A stretch of DNA of 64,000 nt from Chthoniobacteraceae bacterium (GCA_031409655.1 JANNXQ010000127.1:32001-96000), one strand, 5' to 3'. Counted from the first letter of the stretch, positions 42,965 to 52,882 are shown. Translations and numbers: made by a program. Notes: generated by a model not told the origin, from the sequence alone.

Positions 42965-43717
42965 TCACCGCAGCCAGCCGCCGGTCGCTTGCAGCGGCGG
43001 CTGGGCTTCGCCGGTGGTGATCCAGGCGGCAAGGGCGCTGGGTGCGTCGGCGGTCTTCGCCGGGAGCTGGAGCGTCGCGGTCCAGCGGCCTTCGGCGAAG
43101 GTGAGCGCCGAGGATTGCAGACGGAGCACGACGAAATCGTGACGAAGCTTGCGGCCGCGGTTTTCGCCGCGCTGGACGTCGCTGGCGAGGTCGGTGCCGA
43201 GCAGGGCGATCCAGACTTGCAGATTCTTTGGCGTCGGTTGGGCGGGTTGGAAGGTGACTTCGGCACGCGACGGATCGGGCAGCGTGACGCTGAGTTTTCC
43301 GACTCTTTCCGAGGAAGGTGCGGGCAGATTTTCGCGCTGGAAGAAGCCCTTCCACTCCCGCCCGCCGGCGACGAACCCTGGCGTATAGACCGAGCTGCTC
43401 TGCCACGCGGCGGAGTAGCGCCGCTGCCGCGCGGTGAAGTCGCGCGAGGCGAAGCGATCCGGCCAGCCGAGGCCGTCCCAGTAGTCCACGTGGAAGACCA
43501 CGGGCACGACCGTCTTCCACAGGTCGGGACTCGTCTTGAGCTTTCCGATCCACGCTTCAGCGGGCGGGCAACTGCTGCAGCCTTCGGAGGTGAAGAGTTC
43601 GAGCAGGGTCGCGGGAGTTTCCCCGCTGGAGAAAGTGCGGGGTTCCGCTTCAGCGGAAAAGGATCCTGCAAGCACTGCGAGGACGGTGGCGGCGAATGGG
43701 CGGGAGAAAAGAGGCAT
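42965..43717 (-). CDS. DUF1223 thioredoxin-like secreted protein
   Basis: ELFTSEGCSSCPPAE, FHVDYWD, YTPG. Confidence 0.92.
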   Translation of the reverse strand: MPLFSRPFAATVLAVLAGSFSAEAEPRTFSSGETPATLLELFTSEGCSSCPPAEAWIGKLKTSPDLWKTVVPVVFHVDYWDGLGWPDRFASRDFTARQRRYSAAWQSSSVYTPGFVAGGREWKGFFQRENLPAPSSERVGKLSVTLPDPSRAEVTFQPAQPTPKNLQVWIALLGTDLASDVQRGENRGRKLRHDFVVLRLQSSALTFAEGRWTATLQLPAKTADAPSALAAWITTGEAQPPLQATGGWLR

Positions 43718-43763
43718 GTCTGTGAGAGGGGCTGGCGTCCGACTTTCTTCCCGCCGCCGCGCC

Positions 43764-44597
43764 TTACCCGATGAGATCCCGAACCACGTCGGGCGCTTCC
43801 TCGCTGACGAGCACGATGGTCTGATCGGCCCGCGTCCAGGTGGCGACGGTCAGACCGATCTCATTTTTCACGACCGGCGCGAGCGAAGCCGCCGGGGCAT
43901 CGCGCAGGCCACGGGATGGCGTGGTAAAGCAATGCACGACGCTCATGTTTGGCATGACGAGGCATTCGAGGCTCACGGGGAGACCTTCGACGTCGTAGAG
44001 GTGGCAGCCTTTCCGCCCGAGCGCTTCGAGCTTTGGGTAAAAGTGGGCGGAGCGCGGAGCCTGCGCGCTGCGGAGCCACTCGGCGACGGCGGCTTTGTCC
44101 ATGCTCATGAGCGAAAGGGTGACGCCTTCGTGGGCGATGGTGGTGAGGCGGGTCGTGAGGCGGGACATCGGCAGGCGGCTCTGGTGCCGCCACAGGAGCG
44201 CTCCTCCGGCGCAGACCGCGACGGCCGCCGCCGCGCTGGCGAACCACTCCCGGCGCGACCAATGCGCGATGGTCGCTGGCGCGGGTGTCTCATGGCTGCG
44301 GGTGTGGCGCACGGCTTCGATCACCTGGGCTTCGAGCGTCGCGGGGGGATCGATCTGCGCCCGCGCGGCGCGCATCGCGGTGAGCAGGCGCGCTTCGAGA
44401 TCGGCGGGCGGCGCGACGGAGCGCAGCGCGCGTCCGATCGCGGCGTCGGCCTCGCGTTCGCCGGCCAGCGCGGCCTGCAACTCCGCGTCCTCCGCGGCGG
44501 ACTCCCGCGCTGCGCGCACATCCGGGTCCGCGTCGTCCTGACCGGAAGGCCGGGTGGCGCGCAGCAACTCGCGGAGGGGATCTGGCTCGTCGTTCAT
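43764..44597 (-). CDS. Putative membrane-anchored anti-sigma factor
   Basis: Overlaps the ECF sigma stop; acidic N-terminal domain, PPADLEARL, one TM helix, C-terminal domain with Cys residues. Confidence 0.7.
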   Translation of the reverse strand: MNDEPDPLRELLRATRPSGQDDADPDVRAARESAAEDAELQAALAGEREADAAIGRALRSVAPPADLEARLLTAMRAARAQIDPPATLEAQVIEAVRHTRSHETPAPATIAHWSRREWFASAAAAVAVCAGGALLWRHQSRLPMSRLTTRLTTIAHEGVTLSLMSMDKAAVAEWLRSAQAPRSAHFYPKLEALGRKGCHLYDVEGLPVSLECLVMPNMSVVHCFTTPSRGLRDAPAASLAPVVKNEIGLTVATWTRADQTIVLVSEEAPDVVRDLIG

Positions 44598-45139
44598 GTG
44601 GCGGGGCAGAGGATTTGGCGGAGCGCGTCCTTGGCGCGGCTCAGCCGGGACATCACGGTGCCGATCGGCATTTCGAGAGTTGCCGCGATTTCACGGTAGG
44701 AAAGATCTTCCAAATAATAGAGCGAGAGCACCGCCCGATAGGGCTCCTCCAGCGAGTGCAACGCGGCGACCGCGGCGCGGCCATCGAGGGTCTGCGCTTG
44801 CGGCGGAGGCTGCGGCTCGGGTTCGTGCTCGGGATGTTCGTCGAGCGAAGTGAGGCGCGAGGTGCGGCGGCGCAGGTTCAAAAATTCGCGATAGAGGATC
44901 GAGTAGAGCCACCCCTTGATCTTCGTGAGGTCGCGGACCTCGTTCCACTTTTTCGCAAAGATCACCGCGGTCTGTTGCGTGAGGTCAGCGGCATCCGCCT
45001 CCTGTCCGCACAAGGTCAGCGCATACAAATAGAGCGGGCGGTAGTGCTCGCGGATCACGGCCTCGAGCCACTCGTCGAGCGTGCCTTCCCCGATCGGCGC
45101 GGGCGCGTCGGCGGAGGGCGGATCGGGGATGAGATGCAT
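44594..45139 (-). CDS. ECF RNA polymerase sigma factor
   Basis: DAADLTQQT, KGWLYSILYREF, LSYREIAATLEMPIGTVMSRLSRAK. Confidence 0.92.
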   Translation of the reverse strand: MHLIPDPPSADAPAPIGEGTLDEWLEAVIREHYRPLYLYALTLCGQEADAADLTQQTAVIFAKKWNEVRDLTKIKGWLYSILYREFLNLRRRTSRLTSLDEHPEHEPEPQPPPQAQTLDGRAAVAALHSLEEPYRAVLSLYYLEDLSYREIAATLEMPIGTVMSRLSRAKDALRQILCPAT

Positions 45140-45188
45140 CGGGGCGGGGAGAGCGGGCTGGAAATCTATAGAAGTGGTCTGCCTCGGT

Positions 45189-45323
45189 GGATGGTGCGCT
45201 CCGCCGCACCATGCCAGACCCATGCCGGAGGCCCATCATTCAGTGTGGCGTCGCGCGCGGATCGAGGCATGGCGCGGCGGAGCGCACCATCCAACGAGGG
45301 CCGCGAACTTCTTCCACAGGCTG
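45189..45323. repeat. Degenerate relative of the 10514-10671 element
   Basis: 26/27-bp inverted repeat GGATGGTGCGCTCCGCCGC.CCATGCC; right end TTCTTCCACAGGCTG resembles TTTTTCAACAGGCTG. Confidence 0.65.
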
Positions 45324-45432
45324 CCAGGTTTTTCCGATGGGAAAGCAAGAGCGTCTCTGGCAGCCAGAGGCCGGAAGATGCGCGGGGCGCACCTTCCGGC
45401 GTGGCTTGGGGCCGGGGTCTGCAGATCGGCTT

Positions 45433-46251
45433 TTAGAAGTTCTCGTTTGGGATGGTCGTGGCGACGTTGCCTTCCTCGACGTTCGTGCCGCCCTGGGCCA
45501 CGAAGAACTGCGGCTCGCGGAAAGCTCCGATGAAGGAAGCGAGCGTGTTGTCATTGAACATATTGTGGACCGAACCCGCGCTCACCGCGATGGCCCAGCC
45601 GAAGCGGGCGATGTGGTTGTTGTAAATGCTGTCGCCGCGCGGGCCGGCAGGATCGGGGCTGCCAGACGCGGGATTGTAGCAGATGCCGAGGAGGTTGTGC
45701 GCCGCCGTCGGGCCGCCATTGATGATGTTTTTCAGGAAGCGATTGCCCGCGCTCTTTCCGCCGCGGACGAAGATCCCGAGGTTCACCGAAGAGATGGTGT
45801 TGTGCTCGATGGCGCACGAGCGGCTGTTGATGACCAGCATGCCGATTTCGGTCGGGCCGTTGTTTGGCGCGAGGCCGTCGCCGACGACTTGCACATGGCT
45901 CACGGCCACATTCGTGGAGTCGGTGATGGCGACGTTGGCGTTGAAGCCGGAGACGTTGCCATTGCGAATGTCCACGCCCTGGGCGCCCTGGACCACGAGA
46001 CCGCGACCAGTGCCGCGAGCGTGGGTCGAGATGCTGAAGCCATTGAGGTCGAGGGTCACATTCGACGCGGTGATGACGACGGCGTCGCCACTCGGCACGG
46101 TGTAGTTGCGGTAGAGCTTATAGCTGCCGGCGCGGTTGATGGTCCAGACGGAGCTGTTGCCGTGGTCGGCGTGGGCGACGGGTGTGGTGGTCACGAGCGC
46201 GGCGAGGGCGAGGCCCGCGACGGCGGTGAGACGGAGGATGGATTTGATCAT
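45433..46251 (-). CDS. Secreted right-handed parallel beta-helix protein
   Basis: Signal peptide; ITASNVTLDLNGFSI, IRNGNVSGF, Asn-ladder repeats. Confidence 0.82.
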   Translation of the reverse strand: MIKSILRLTAVAGLALAALVTTTPVAHADHGNSSVWTINRAGSYKLYRNYTVPSGDAVVITASNVTLDLNGFSISTHARGTGRGLVVQGAQGVDIRNGNVSGFNANVAITDSTNVAVSHVQVVGDGLAPNNGPTEIGMLVINSRSCAIEHNTISSVNLGIFVRGGKSAGNRFLKNIINGGPTAAHNLLGICYNPASGSPDPAGPRGDSIYNNHIARFGWAIAVSAGSVHNMFNDNTLASFIGAFREPQFFVAQGGTNVEEGNVATTIPNENF

Positions 46252-46401
46252 GGTGTTTTTTGGAACTGCGTTGTTTTAGGTTGCTTGGTGGAACCGCTGC
46301 ACGGCAGCGGCGGCAGCAAAGACACGGCAGCTCTCCGACTTATTCCCTCGGGGAATAAATATTTCTGGCCACCCCCGGGCCATCAGGCATACGCCTGCCA
46401 G

Positions 46402-47928
46402 ATGAAGTTCCTCCTCCCACTCCTCGCCGTGCTCGCTGCCCTCCCGCTGGCCCCGGCGAAGGCCGCCGACGGGAAGCGCACCAACGTGCTCTTCCTCATC
46501 GCCGATGACCTGAACAACCTGCTCGGCTGCTACGGCGAAAAGGACGCGCAGACGCCGAATATTGATCGGCTCGCCGCGCGCGGCGTACGCTTCGATCGCG
46601 CCTATTGCACCTTCCCGCTCTGCGGCCCGAGCCGGAACTCGATGCTCACCGGCTTGTATCCGAACAGCACCGGCATCCTCACGAATGCGCAGATCTTCCG
46701 GCAGTCGATCCCCGCGCAGGTGAGCCTGTCGCAGGCCTTCCGACAGCAGGGCTACCTGGCTGCGCGGATCGGCAAGCTCTACCACTACAATGTGCCAAAC
46801 TCGATCGGGACGAATGGCCACGACGATCCCGCGTCGTGGGAACTGGAACTCAACCCCGCGGGCGTCGATCGCACCGAGGAGCACCCGAAAATCTTCAGCC
46901 TCACGCCGAAGCAATTTGGCGGCACGCTGAGCTGGTATGCTTCGCCGAAAGGTGACGCGGAACACACCGACGGCAAGATGGCCGCGGATGCCGAGTGGGT
47001 GCTCGAGCGCTGCGCAAAGCAGAAAGATCGTCCGTTCTTTCTCGCGCTCGGATTTTTCCGCCCGCACACCCCGTATGTCGCGCCGAAGACGCCTTACTTC
47101 GACCAGCATCCCGAGGCGCAGATGCGTGTGGTGCAGGGTGTGCCGGAAGATCAGGCGGACATCCCGGCGGCTGCGCTCGGCAGCTACAAGAAGGAGCAGG
47201 ACCAGCTCACCGACGATCTCCGCCGGCAGGCGCTCCAGGCATATCGCGCGAGCATCAGCTTCTTGGACGCGCAGGTCGGTCGCGTCGTTGCCGCGCTCGA
47301 TCGCCTCGGGCTCGCGGAGAGCACGGTGATCGTCTTCACCAGCGACCACGGCTACCACACCGGCGAGCACGGGCTGTGGCAGAAGCAGAGTCTCTTTGAG
47401 GAAAGCGCGCGCGTCCCGCTGCTCATCGTCGCGCCCGGCGTCGCGCCGCAGAATGCCGTGGCGAAATCGCCCGTGAGCCACCTCGACCTCTACCCCACGC
47501 TCGCCGAACTCTGCGGAGTGAAAGCGCCCGCGAATCTCCAGGGCCAGAGCCTCGTGCCGCTACTGCGCGATCCCTCCGTTGCCGGTCGCGGCTGGGCGCT
47601 CACGCAAGTGGTGCGCGGCGGAAACTTCAACCGTCAGGGCGCTGCTCCCGCCATCGCGGATAAGGGAAAACGTTTCTTCGGCTACAGCCTGCGCACGCCG
47701 CGCTGGCGCTACACCGAGTGGGGTGAAGGTGAGCAAGGCCGCGAACTCTACGACCACGACGCCGACCCGAAGGAACTCACCAACCTCGCCACTGTCCCCG
47801 CGCACGCGAAGACCGTGGAAGAACTCTCCGCGCAAGTCCGCGCCGCCGCGAAGACCACCTATCCCGCATCGGGAACCACCCCCGAGGTCGAACCCGGTCT
47901 GTGGGCGCCGCTGCTCGTCGATCCTTGA
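46402..47928 (+). CDS. Sulfatase (iduronate/choline-sulfatase-like)
   Basis: NVLFLIADDLN, CGPSRNSMLTG, GKLYH, SDHGY; start at MKFLL. Confidence 0.92.
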   Translation: MKFLLPLLAVLAALPLAPAKAADGKRTNVLFLIADDLNNLLGCYGEKDAQTPNIDRLAARGVRFDRAYCTFPLCGPSRNSMLTGLYPNSTGILTNAQIFRQSIPAQVSLSQAFRQQGYLAARIGKLYHYNVPNSIGTNGHDDPASWELELNPAGVDRTEEHPKIFSLTPKQFGGTLSWYASPKGDAEHTDGKMAADAEWVLERCAKQKDRPFFLALGFFRPHTPYVAPKTPYFDQHPEAQMRVVQGVPEDQADIPAAALGSYKKEQDQLTDDLRRQALQAYRASISFLDAQVGRVVAALDRLGLAESTVIVFTSDHGYHTGEHGLWQKQSLFEESARVPLLIVAPGVAPQNAVAKSPVSHLDLYPTLAELCGVKAPANLQGQSLVPLLRDPSVAGRGWALTQVVRGGNFNRQGAAPAIADKGKRFFGYSLRTPRWRYTEWGEGEQGRELYDHDADPKELTNLATVPAHAKTVEELSAQVRAAAKTTYPASGTTPEVEPGLWAPLLVDP

Positions 47929-47940
47929 TGAACTCGCTCG

Positions 47941-48744
47941 ATGCCTGAACTCGCCGAGGTCGAATTTTTTCGCAAACAATGGGACGTGGGCCTCGGGGTG
48001 AAGATCACCCGCGTCGCGCTGCATGGGAGCAAGCGACTCTTTCGGGGAATGGACGTGGCGCGGCTCGGGGCCGCGCTCATGGGGGCGACTCTGGTCGGCT
48101 CGGAGGCGCGGGCGAAGCAGATGCTCTTTGCCTTCCGCAAAGGGCGGGAGCGCGCGTGGCTGGGCGTGCATCTCGGGATGACGGGGAAGCTTTCCGTGGC
48201 ACCGCGGGGCTTCGAGCCGGGGAAGCACGATCACCTCGTGCTCTTGCAAGCGAAGCGCACCCTGGTCTTCACGGATCCCCGAGTTTTCGGGCGCGTGCTT
48301 TTTTCCGCAGGCACCGAGCCGCCGGAGTGGTGGACGAAACTCCCGCCGGCGGTGACTTCGCCGGAGTTCACGGTCGAGCGGGTGCGGGCGTTTCTGAAGC
48401 GGCGCGCGCGGCTTTCGGTAAAGGCGGCGCTGCTGGTCCAGAGCGCCTTTCCAGGCGTGGGAAATTGGATGGCGGACGAGATCCTCTGGCGCGGGCGGAT
48501 CAGTCCGCGGGTCCTTTGCGGGAAGCTCACGGCAGCGCGTGCGGAGGTGCTCTGGCGGGAGGCGCGGGAGGTCTGCCGGATCTCGATGGAGACGGTGGCG
48601 GTCGATTTTTCCGATCCGCCGGCGGACTGGTTTTACCACGAGCGCTGGACGCCCCACGGACACTGCCCGCGTTGCGCGGTGGAGATCAAAACGGCGACGA
48701 TCGGCGGACGTACCACGCGCTGGTGCCCGGTCTGTCAGCGCTGA
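47941..48744 (+). CDS. Fpg/Nei-family DNA glycosylase/AP lyase
   Basis: MPELAEV, HLGMTG, DPRVFG, GVGNWMADE, zinc finger CPRC...CPVCQ. Confidence 0.93.
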   Translation: MPELAEVEFFRKQWDVGLGVKITRVALHGSKRLFRGMDVARLGAALMGATLVGSEARAKQMLFAFRKGRERAWLGVHLGMTGKLSVAPRGFEPGKHDHLVLLQAKRTLVFTDPRVFGRVLFSAGTEPPEWWTKLPPAVTSPEFTVERVRAFLKRRARLSVKAALLVQSAFPGVGNWMADEILWRGRISPRVLCGKLTAARAEVLWREAREVCRISMETVAVDFSDPPADWFYHERWTPHGHCPRCAVEIKTATIGGRTTRWCPVCQR

Positions 48745-48747
48745 CGG

Positions 48748-50730
48748 CTACGGCTGCGCGTTGAAGTCCCAGCGCTGCGCTTTCCCTTTCGCCGGCGCGA
48801 CCTCGATCCAATCGACTTCCACGGGCTGCTGGCTGGCGGGCAGATAGACGCGCATCGTGCCCAGGGGACCGTCTTCCGGGACCGTGGTCGAGAGCTCCTG
48901 CCAGTCCCCAGGCGCCACGAGGAAAGGCACGGACTTTACGTTCGTCGGATCGGCGGCACCTTGCGGCAGCCACTCCACTTTGCCCGCGCCCGCGCCGCTG
49001 GAGCGCACGCGGATTTTTACCACGGCGGGACCGTTCACTTTGCCCATGGCATGGCCGAGAAAGGCGTTCGCTCGGCCGGTCACGGAGAGCACGCCATCTT
49101 TGCTCGTTGCCTGGCACTGGCGCGCCTTCCAGCCTTCGAGCGGGTCAGCAGTTTTCTTCGGGTTTGCGGGGCGGGCGAGCGCGACTTTGAAGGCGGGATT
49201 CGGTTGCGGGAAAGTCGCACCGGTTTCGGCGAGGAAGCCGTCGATGAGGGCGTTCATTTCCTGCACGCGCGCGGGTTCGGCGGCGGCGCGGCTGGTCGCT
49301 TCGCTCAAGTCCTCGCGGAGGTCGTAGAGTTCGTGCCGGCCCGCGTCGTCCGCGGGCATTCCGAACCACCGGATCAGCTTCCAATCGCCGGCGCGCACCC
49401 AGACGCCGCCCGCGCTCCCGAGGCTGCCGCCGTGCGGGAAGTAGTTGAAGAAGGCGCGCCGCTCCAGCGGGCCTTCGGACTTCAGCACCCGCGCGTAGCT
49501 CACCCCGTCGATCTTCTGCGGCGCGGGCTTCGGGAGTCCGAGCAGATCGAGCACCGTCGGATAGAGGTCGATGTGCCCGACCACCGCCTCGCTCGTCTTC
49601 CCCGCGCCGATGCGGCCCGGCCACGACCACATCAGCGGGACCCGCGTGCCGCCTTCGTAGAGCGTGCCTTTGCCATCGCGCAGCGGCGTGTTCATCGTCG
49701 GCGGCTGATCGCCGGCCCACTTCCGCCAGTCCGCGAAGAACTCGCTTTTGGTCTGCTCCGCCTTCGCGGTCTTGGCCGTTGCAGGCACGTTGCTGTGGGT
49801 GTTGCCGCCGTTGTCGGAGTTGAAGACGACGATCGTATTCTCCGCGAGTCCGTGCTTTTCCAGCGCCGCGAGGACGCGCCCGAAGCATTCGTCCACGCTC
49901 TTGAGCATCGAGGCCATGATGGGATTTCCCTGCGCCCCGCGCGGATCTTTCTTTGCCGCGAAGGCCTTCGTGTATTCCGGCTTGTGTCCCCATGGACCAT
50001 GCACGCCGTAGTTCCAGAGGTTCAGGAAAAAGGGACGGCCCTTATTTTCGGCGATGAGTTTCTCCGCCTCCGCCGCGAGCCGATCGACGATGTATTCCCC
50101 CGCCGGGCCGTCGGTGATCGTGCCGACTTTGTTTTTGCCGCCAGGCTTGCCGTCCGCGGCGACGCCGTAGGGCGAGAAGTAATTCCCCGGCGGCCCCGGA
50201 TCGGGATGGCAATGAAAGGCCACGTCGAAGCCCTGCTGCTCCGGCCAGTGCGGTTGCGTGAGGCCGAGGTGCCACTTCCCGAGATGCGCCGTGCGATAGC
50301 CCGCCGTGCGCAACGCTTCAGCGAGGGTGTATTCGCCGGGCTCGAGGAAATTCCTGCTCTCCGGCATGAGCATCCGCTGGTTCGCCGGCCCACTGGTGGC
50401 CAGAGACGGGTGCCCCGCGGCTTGCGGTGGGAGATGCCCGGTCGCGCTGGTGATGCCGTGGCGCGCGGAGTACCTCCCGGTGAGCAGACTCGCGCGCGTC
50501 GGCGAGCAGAGCGGCTGCGCATAGGCATCGGTGAAGCGCATTGCCCGCGACGCGAAGCGGTCGATGTTTGGCGTCTCGTAATACTTCGATCCGTAAGCAC
50601 CGCAATCCATCCAGCCCATGTCGTCCACGAGGAAGACGATGACATTCGGCTTCGTCGCGGCCAGGACGTGGGTGGAGAGTACGCAGAGGAGGGCGGGGAG
50701 GAGGGCGGGGAGGAGGGTGAAAAGTTTCAT
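48748..50730 (-). CDS. Sulfatase (S1) with an extra C-terminal beta-sandwich domain
   Basis: PNVIVFLVDDMG, CSPTRASLLTGR, GKWHLG; about 130-aa C-terminal extension. Confidence 0.92.
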   Translation of the reverse strand: MKLFTLLPALLPALLCVLSTHVLAATKPNVIVFLVDDMGWMDCGAYGSKYYETPNIDRFASRAMRFTDAYAQPLCSPTRASLLTGRYSARHGITSATGHLPPQAAGHPSLATSGPANQRMLMPESRNFLEPGEYTLAEALRTAGYRTAHLGKWHLGLTQPHWPEQQGFDVAFHCHPDPGPPGNYFSPYGVAADGKPGGKNKVGTITDGPAGEYIVDRLAAEAEKLIAENKGRPFFLNLWNYGVHGPWGHKPEYTKAFAAKKDPRGAQGNPIMASMLKSVDECFGRVLAALEKHGLAENTIVVFNSDNGGNTHSNVPATAKTAKAEQTKSEFFADWRKWAGDQPPTMNTPLRDGKGTLYEGGTRVPLMWSWPGRIGAGKTSEAVVGHIDLYPTVLDLLGLPKPAPQKIDGVSYARVLKSEGPLERRAFFNYFPHGGSLGSAGGVWVRAGDWKLIRWFGMPADDAGRHELYDLREDLSEATSRAAAEPARVQEMNALIDGFLAETGATFPQPNPAFKVALARPANPKKTADPLEGWKARQCQATSKDGVLSVTGRANAFLGHAMGKVNGPAVVKIRVRSSGAGAGKVEWLPQGAADPTNVKSVPFLVAPGDWQELSTTVPEDGPLGTMRVYLPASQQPVEVDWIEVAPAKGKAQRWDFNAQP

Positions 50731-50803
50731 GGTGACGTGGTGAAGGTTGAACCGCGCGAGCGCCGCAAAATTGGCGGGCAAAGAAGCGGAGGTGGGCTCC
50801 CGC

Positions 50804-50894
50804 TCTTCCTCTTAATCTTCCTCTTCCTCTTCCTCCTCCCAAGTGCGTCGCTGAGTGGGAATGAGGAAGGGGAAGAGGAAGATTAAGAGGAAGA
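50804..50894. repeat. Hexamer-based palindrome (CTCTTC/GAAGAG)
   Basis: Perfect 24-bp inverted repeat 50804-50827 / 50871-50894; related tracts near 15705-15770 and 57706-57771. Confidence 0.75.
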
Positions 50895-50912
50895 ACGGAG
50901 ACGGAGAGCCCG

Positions 50913-51692
50913 CTAGGCTTTTACTGTGCCCCAGCGGCGGTGGAGGAAACGCTCCCATGGACTGAAGAGGATCTTATCCGCGAGCAGGCCGATGACGATG
51001 ATCACCAGCATGATCCCGATGACTTGCTCCATGGCATTCAGCTCGCGTCCGAAATGCAGAAGCTGCCCGAGGCCGAAGCCGGTGAGGATGGTGACGTAGA
51101 TCTCCGCGGCCATCAGGGACCGCCAGGCGAAGGCCCAGCCCTGCTTGATCCCCGAGACGATGAAGGGCAGTGAGGCGGGCAACTTGACAAAGACCCAGGT
51201 GTGCAGGCCGCTCGAACCCATGGTCCGCGCGGCGCGGGCGTAGATGGGTGGGACATTGCGCACGCCATTGTCCGTGGCGAGGGCCACGGACCAGACGGTG
51301 CCCATGACGACGACGAAAAGCATGGCCACCTCTGTCTGCCCAAACCAGATGATCGCCAGCGGCACCCAGCAGACGCTCGGTAGCGCTTGGAGGCCGAGGC
51401 CGAGCACGCCGATGGTGTCATTCGCCCATTGGAAGCGCGCGGTGAAAAGTCCCAACGGCACGCCCACGACGACACCGACGGCGTAGCCGTAGAGCAGGCG
51501 TTTCAAAGTGACGGCCAGCGCTTCAAAGAGAGTGCGATCCTGAACCGCACTGACGAGGTACTCCCAGACGGTGAGCGGGGAGGGGAAGAGCACGGCGAGG
51601 CCGGGCTTGCCCTGGGTGAGCGAGAGCTGCGCGAAATGCCAGAAAGCGCCGAGCGCGGCGAAGAAGAGGAGGGCGGTGGCGGTGCGCTTCAT
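50913..51692 (-). CDS. NitT/TauT (SsuC-like) ABC permease
   Basis: LQALPSVCWVPLA, ARTMG, WAFAWRSLMAAE. Confidence 0.9.
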   Translation of the reverse strand: MKRTATALLFFAALGAFWHFAQLSLTQGKPGLAVLFPSPLTVWEYLVSAVQDRTLFEALAVTLKRLLYGYAVGVVVGVPLGLFTARFQWANDTIGVLGLGLQALPSVCWVPLAIIWFGQTEVAMLFVVVMGTVWSVALATDNGVRNVPPIYARAARTMGSSGLHTWVFVKLPASLPFIVSGIKQGWAFAWRSLMAAEIYVTILTGFGLGQLLHFGRELNAMEQVIGIMLVIIVIGLLADKILFSPWERFLHRRWGTVKA

Positions 51693-51730
51693 TTTCCCGT
51701 GCGAACGATCGCCCTCTCGGAGGGTGAGGG

Positions 51731-51840
51731 ACATCGAACATCGAACATCGAACTTCGAACACCGAAATACCTCGGAAGCCGGGCGCCCACGCGCAGCGTC
51801 GATTCGATGTTCGATGTCCGAAGTTCGATGTTCGATGTTC
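51731..51840. repeat. Heptamer palindrome (ACATCGA)n ... (TCGATGT)n
   Basis: Two opposed heptamer tracts between the ABC ATPase and permease genes. Confidence 0.75.
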
Positions 51841-51846
51841 TCCCAA

Positions 51847-52665
51847 TCATATCTCGTAGTCGTCCGCCTTCCCGCCCATCCCACCCGTCTTCAGCGCCCG
51901 GGTGATCCGGCTGGCGTAGCTGGCGAGGTCGGGGCTGTTGATGTCGCGCGGGCGGGGGAGGGTGATCCGAAATTCGCCGACGAGGCGCCCCGGATGCGGG
52001 GTGAAAATGACGACGCGGTCGCCGAGGCAGACGGCTTCGCGGACATTGTGGGTCACGAAGACGATGGTCTTTTTCCGGGCCTCCCAGATCTCCTGGATGT
52101 CGCCGTAGAGCTGCTCGCGGGTCATGGCGTCGAGCGCGGCGAAAGGTTCGTCCATGAGCAGCACGCGCGGATTGGGCGCGAGCGAGCGGGCGAGGGCCAC
52201 GCGCTGTTTCATGCCGCCGGAAAGCTCGTGGACATTGGATTGCGCGAACTTTTCCAGGCCGACGAGCTGGATGTAAAACATGGCCACTTCCTTGCGCTCG
52301 GCCTTGGTCAGCTGCGGCTTGAGCTTCAGACCAAACATCACATTGCCCAGCACCGTGAGCCACGGGAAGAGCGCGGACTCCTGAAACATCATCATGCGGT
52401 CGCGCCCGGGTTCGGTGACCATCTTGCCCTCGGCAAGGATGGCGCCCTGATCGGCGAATTCCAGACCGGCGATCATGTTTAGGAGGGTGGATTTTCCGCA
52501 TCCGCTCGGACCGACGAAGCAGACGAACTGTCCCTCGTCGATGTTCAACGAGACGTTGTCGAGCGCGTGGGTCTGGACGGTGCCGTCGCGGAACCATTTC
52601 GAGACGCCGTTGATCGCCAGCTTGAGCGGGCGGACTTCGCGCAGTTCTTCAGCGACGGTACTCAT
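51847..52665 (-). CDS. NitT/TauT (SsuB-like) ABC ATP-binding protein
   Basis: GPSGCGKST, LSGGMKQR, LLMDEPFAALD. Confidence 0.92.
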   Translation of the reverse strand: MSTVAEELREVRPLKLAINGVSKWFRDGTVQTHALDNVSLNIDEGQFVCFVGPSGCGKSTLLNMIAGLEFADQGAILAEGKMVTEPGRDRMMMFQESALFPWLTVLGNVMFGLKLKPQLTKAERKEVAMFYIQLVGLEKFAQSNVHELSGGMKQRVALARSLAPNPRVLLMDEPFAALDAMTREQLYGDIQEIWEARKKTIVFVTHNVREAVCLGDRVVIFTPHPGRLVGEFRITLPRPRDINSPDLASYASRITRALKTGGMGGKADDYEI

Positions 52666-52782
52666 CGTCGGAGGTGATTGGAAAAGTGGAGCGGCACGGG
52701 GCGGAGAGGGTTTGGGGAAATGAGGGAGTGGGCAAGCGCGATTTCGCGCCGTCGTCGGTTGCGGAGGAGCGCAGGCCGCCTT

Positions 52783-52876
52783 TGGAGTAGCGCAGGCTTC
52801 CAGCCTGTTCTTCGCCGAGGAACACAGGCTGGAAGCCTGCGGCACTCCCGCCACGCAGGATGCCTGCGCTACTCCA
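52783..52876. repeat. REP-like nested palindrome (GTAGCGCAGGCTTCCAGCCTG type)
   Basis: TGGAGTAGCGCAGGC / GCCTGCGCTACTCCA plus GCAGGCTTCCAGCCTGT / ACAGGCTGGAAGCCTGC. Confidence 0.75.
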
Positions 52877-52882
52877 CTGCAC

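Noticed and set aside
45187..46401. 913-aa sulfatase fusion suggested by the ORF track
   Set aside because: The first 405 codons are a repeat plus the antisense of the beta-helix gene; the signal peptide begins at ATG 46402
50686..50717. 12-bp tandem repeat in a sulfatase signal peptide as a phase-variation tract
   Set aside because: Unit length is a multiple of three (LLPA), so slippage would not shift the frame
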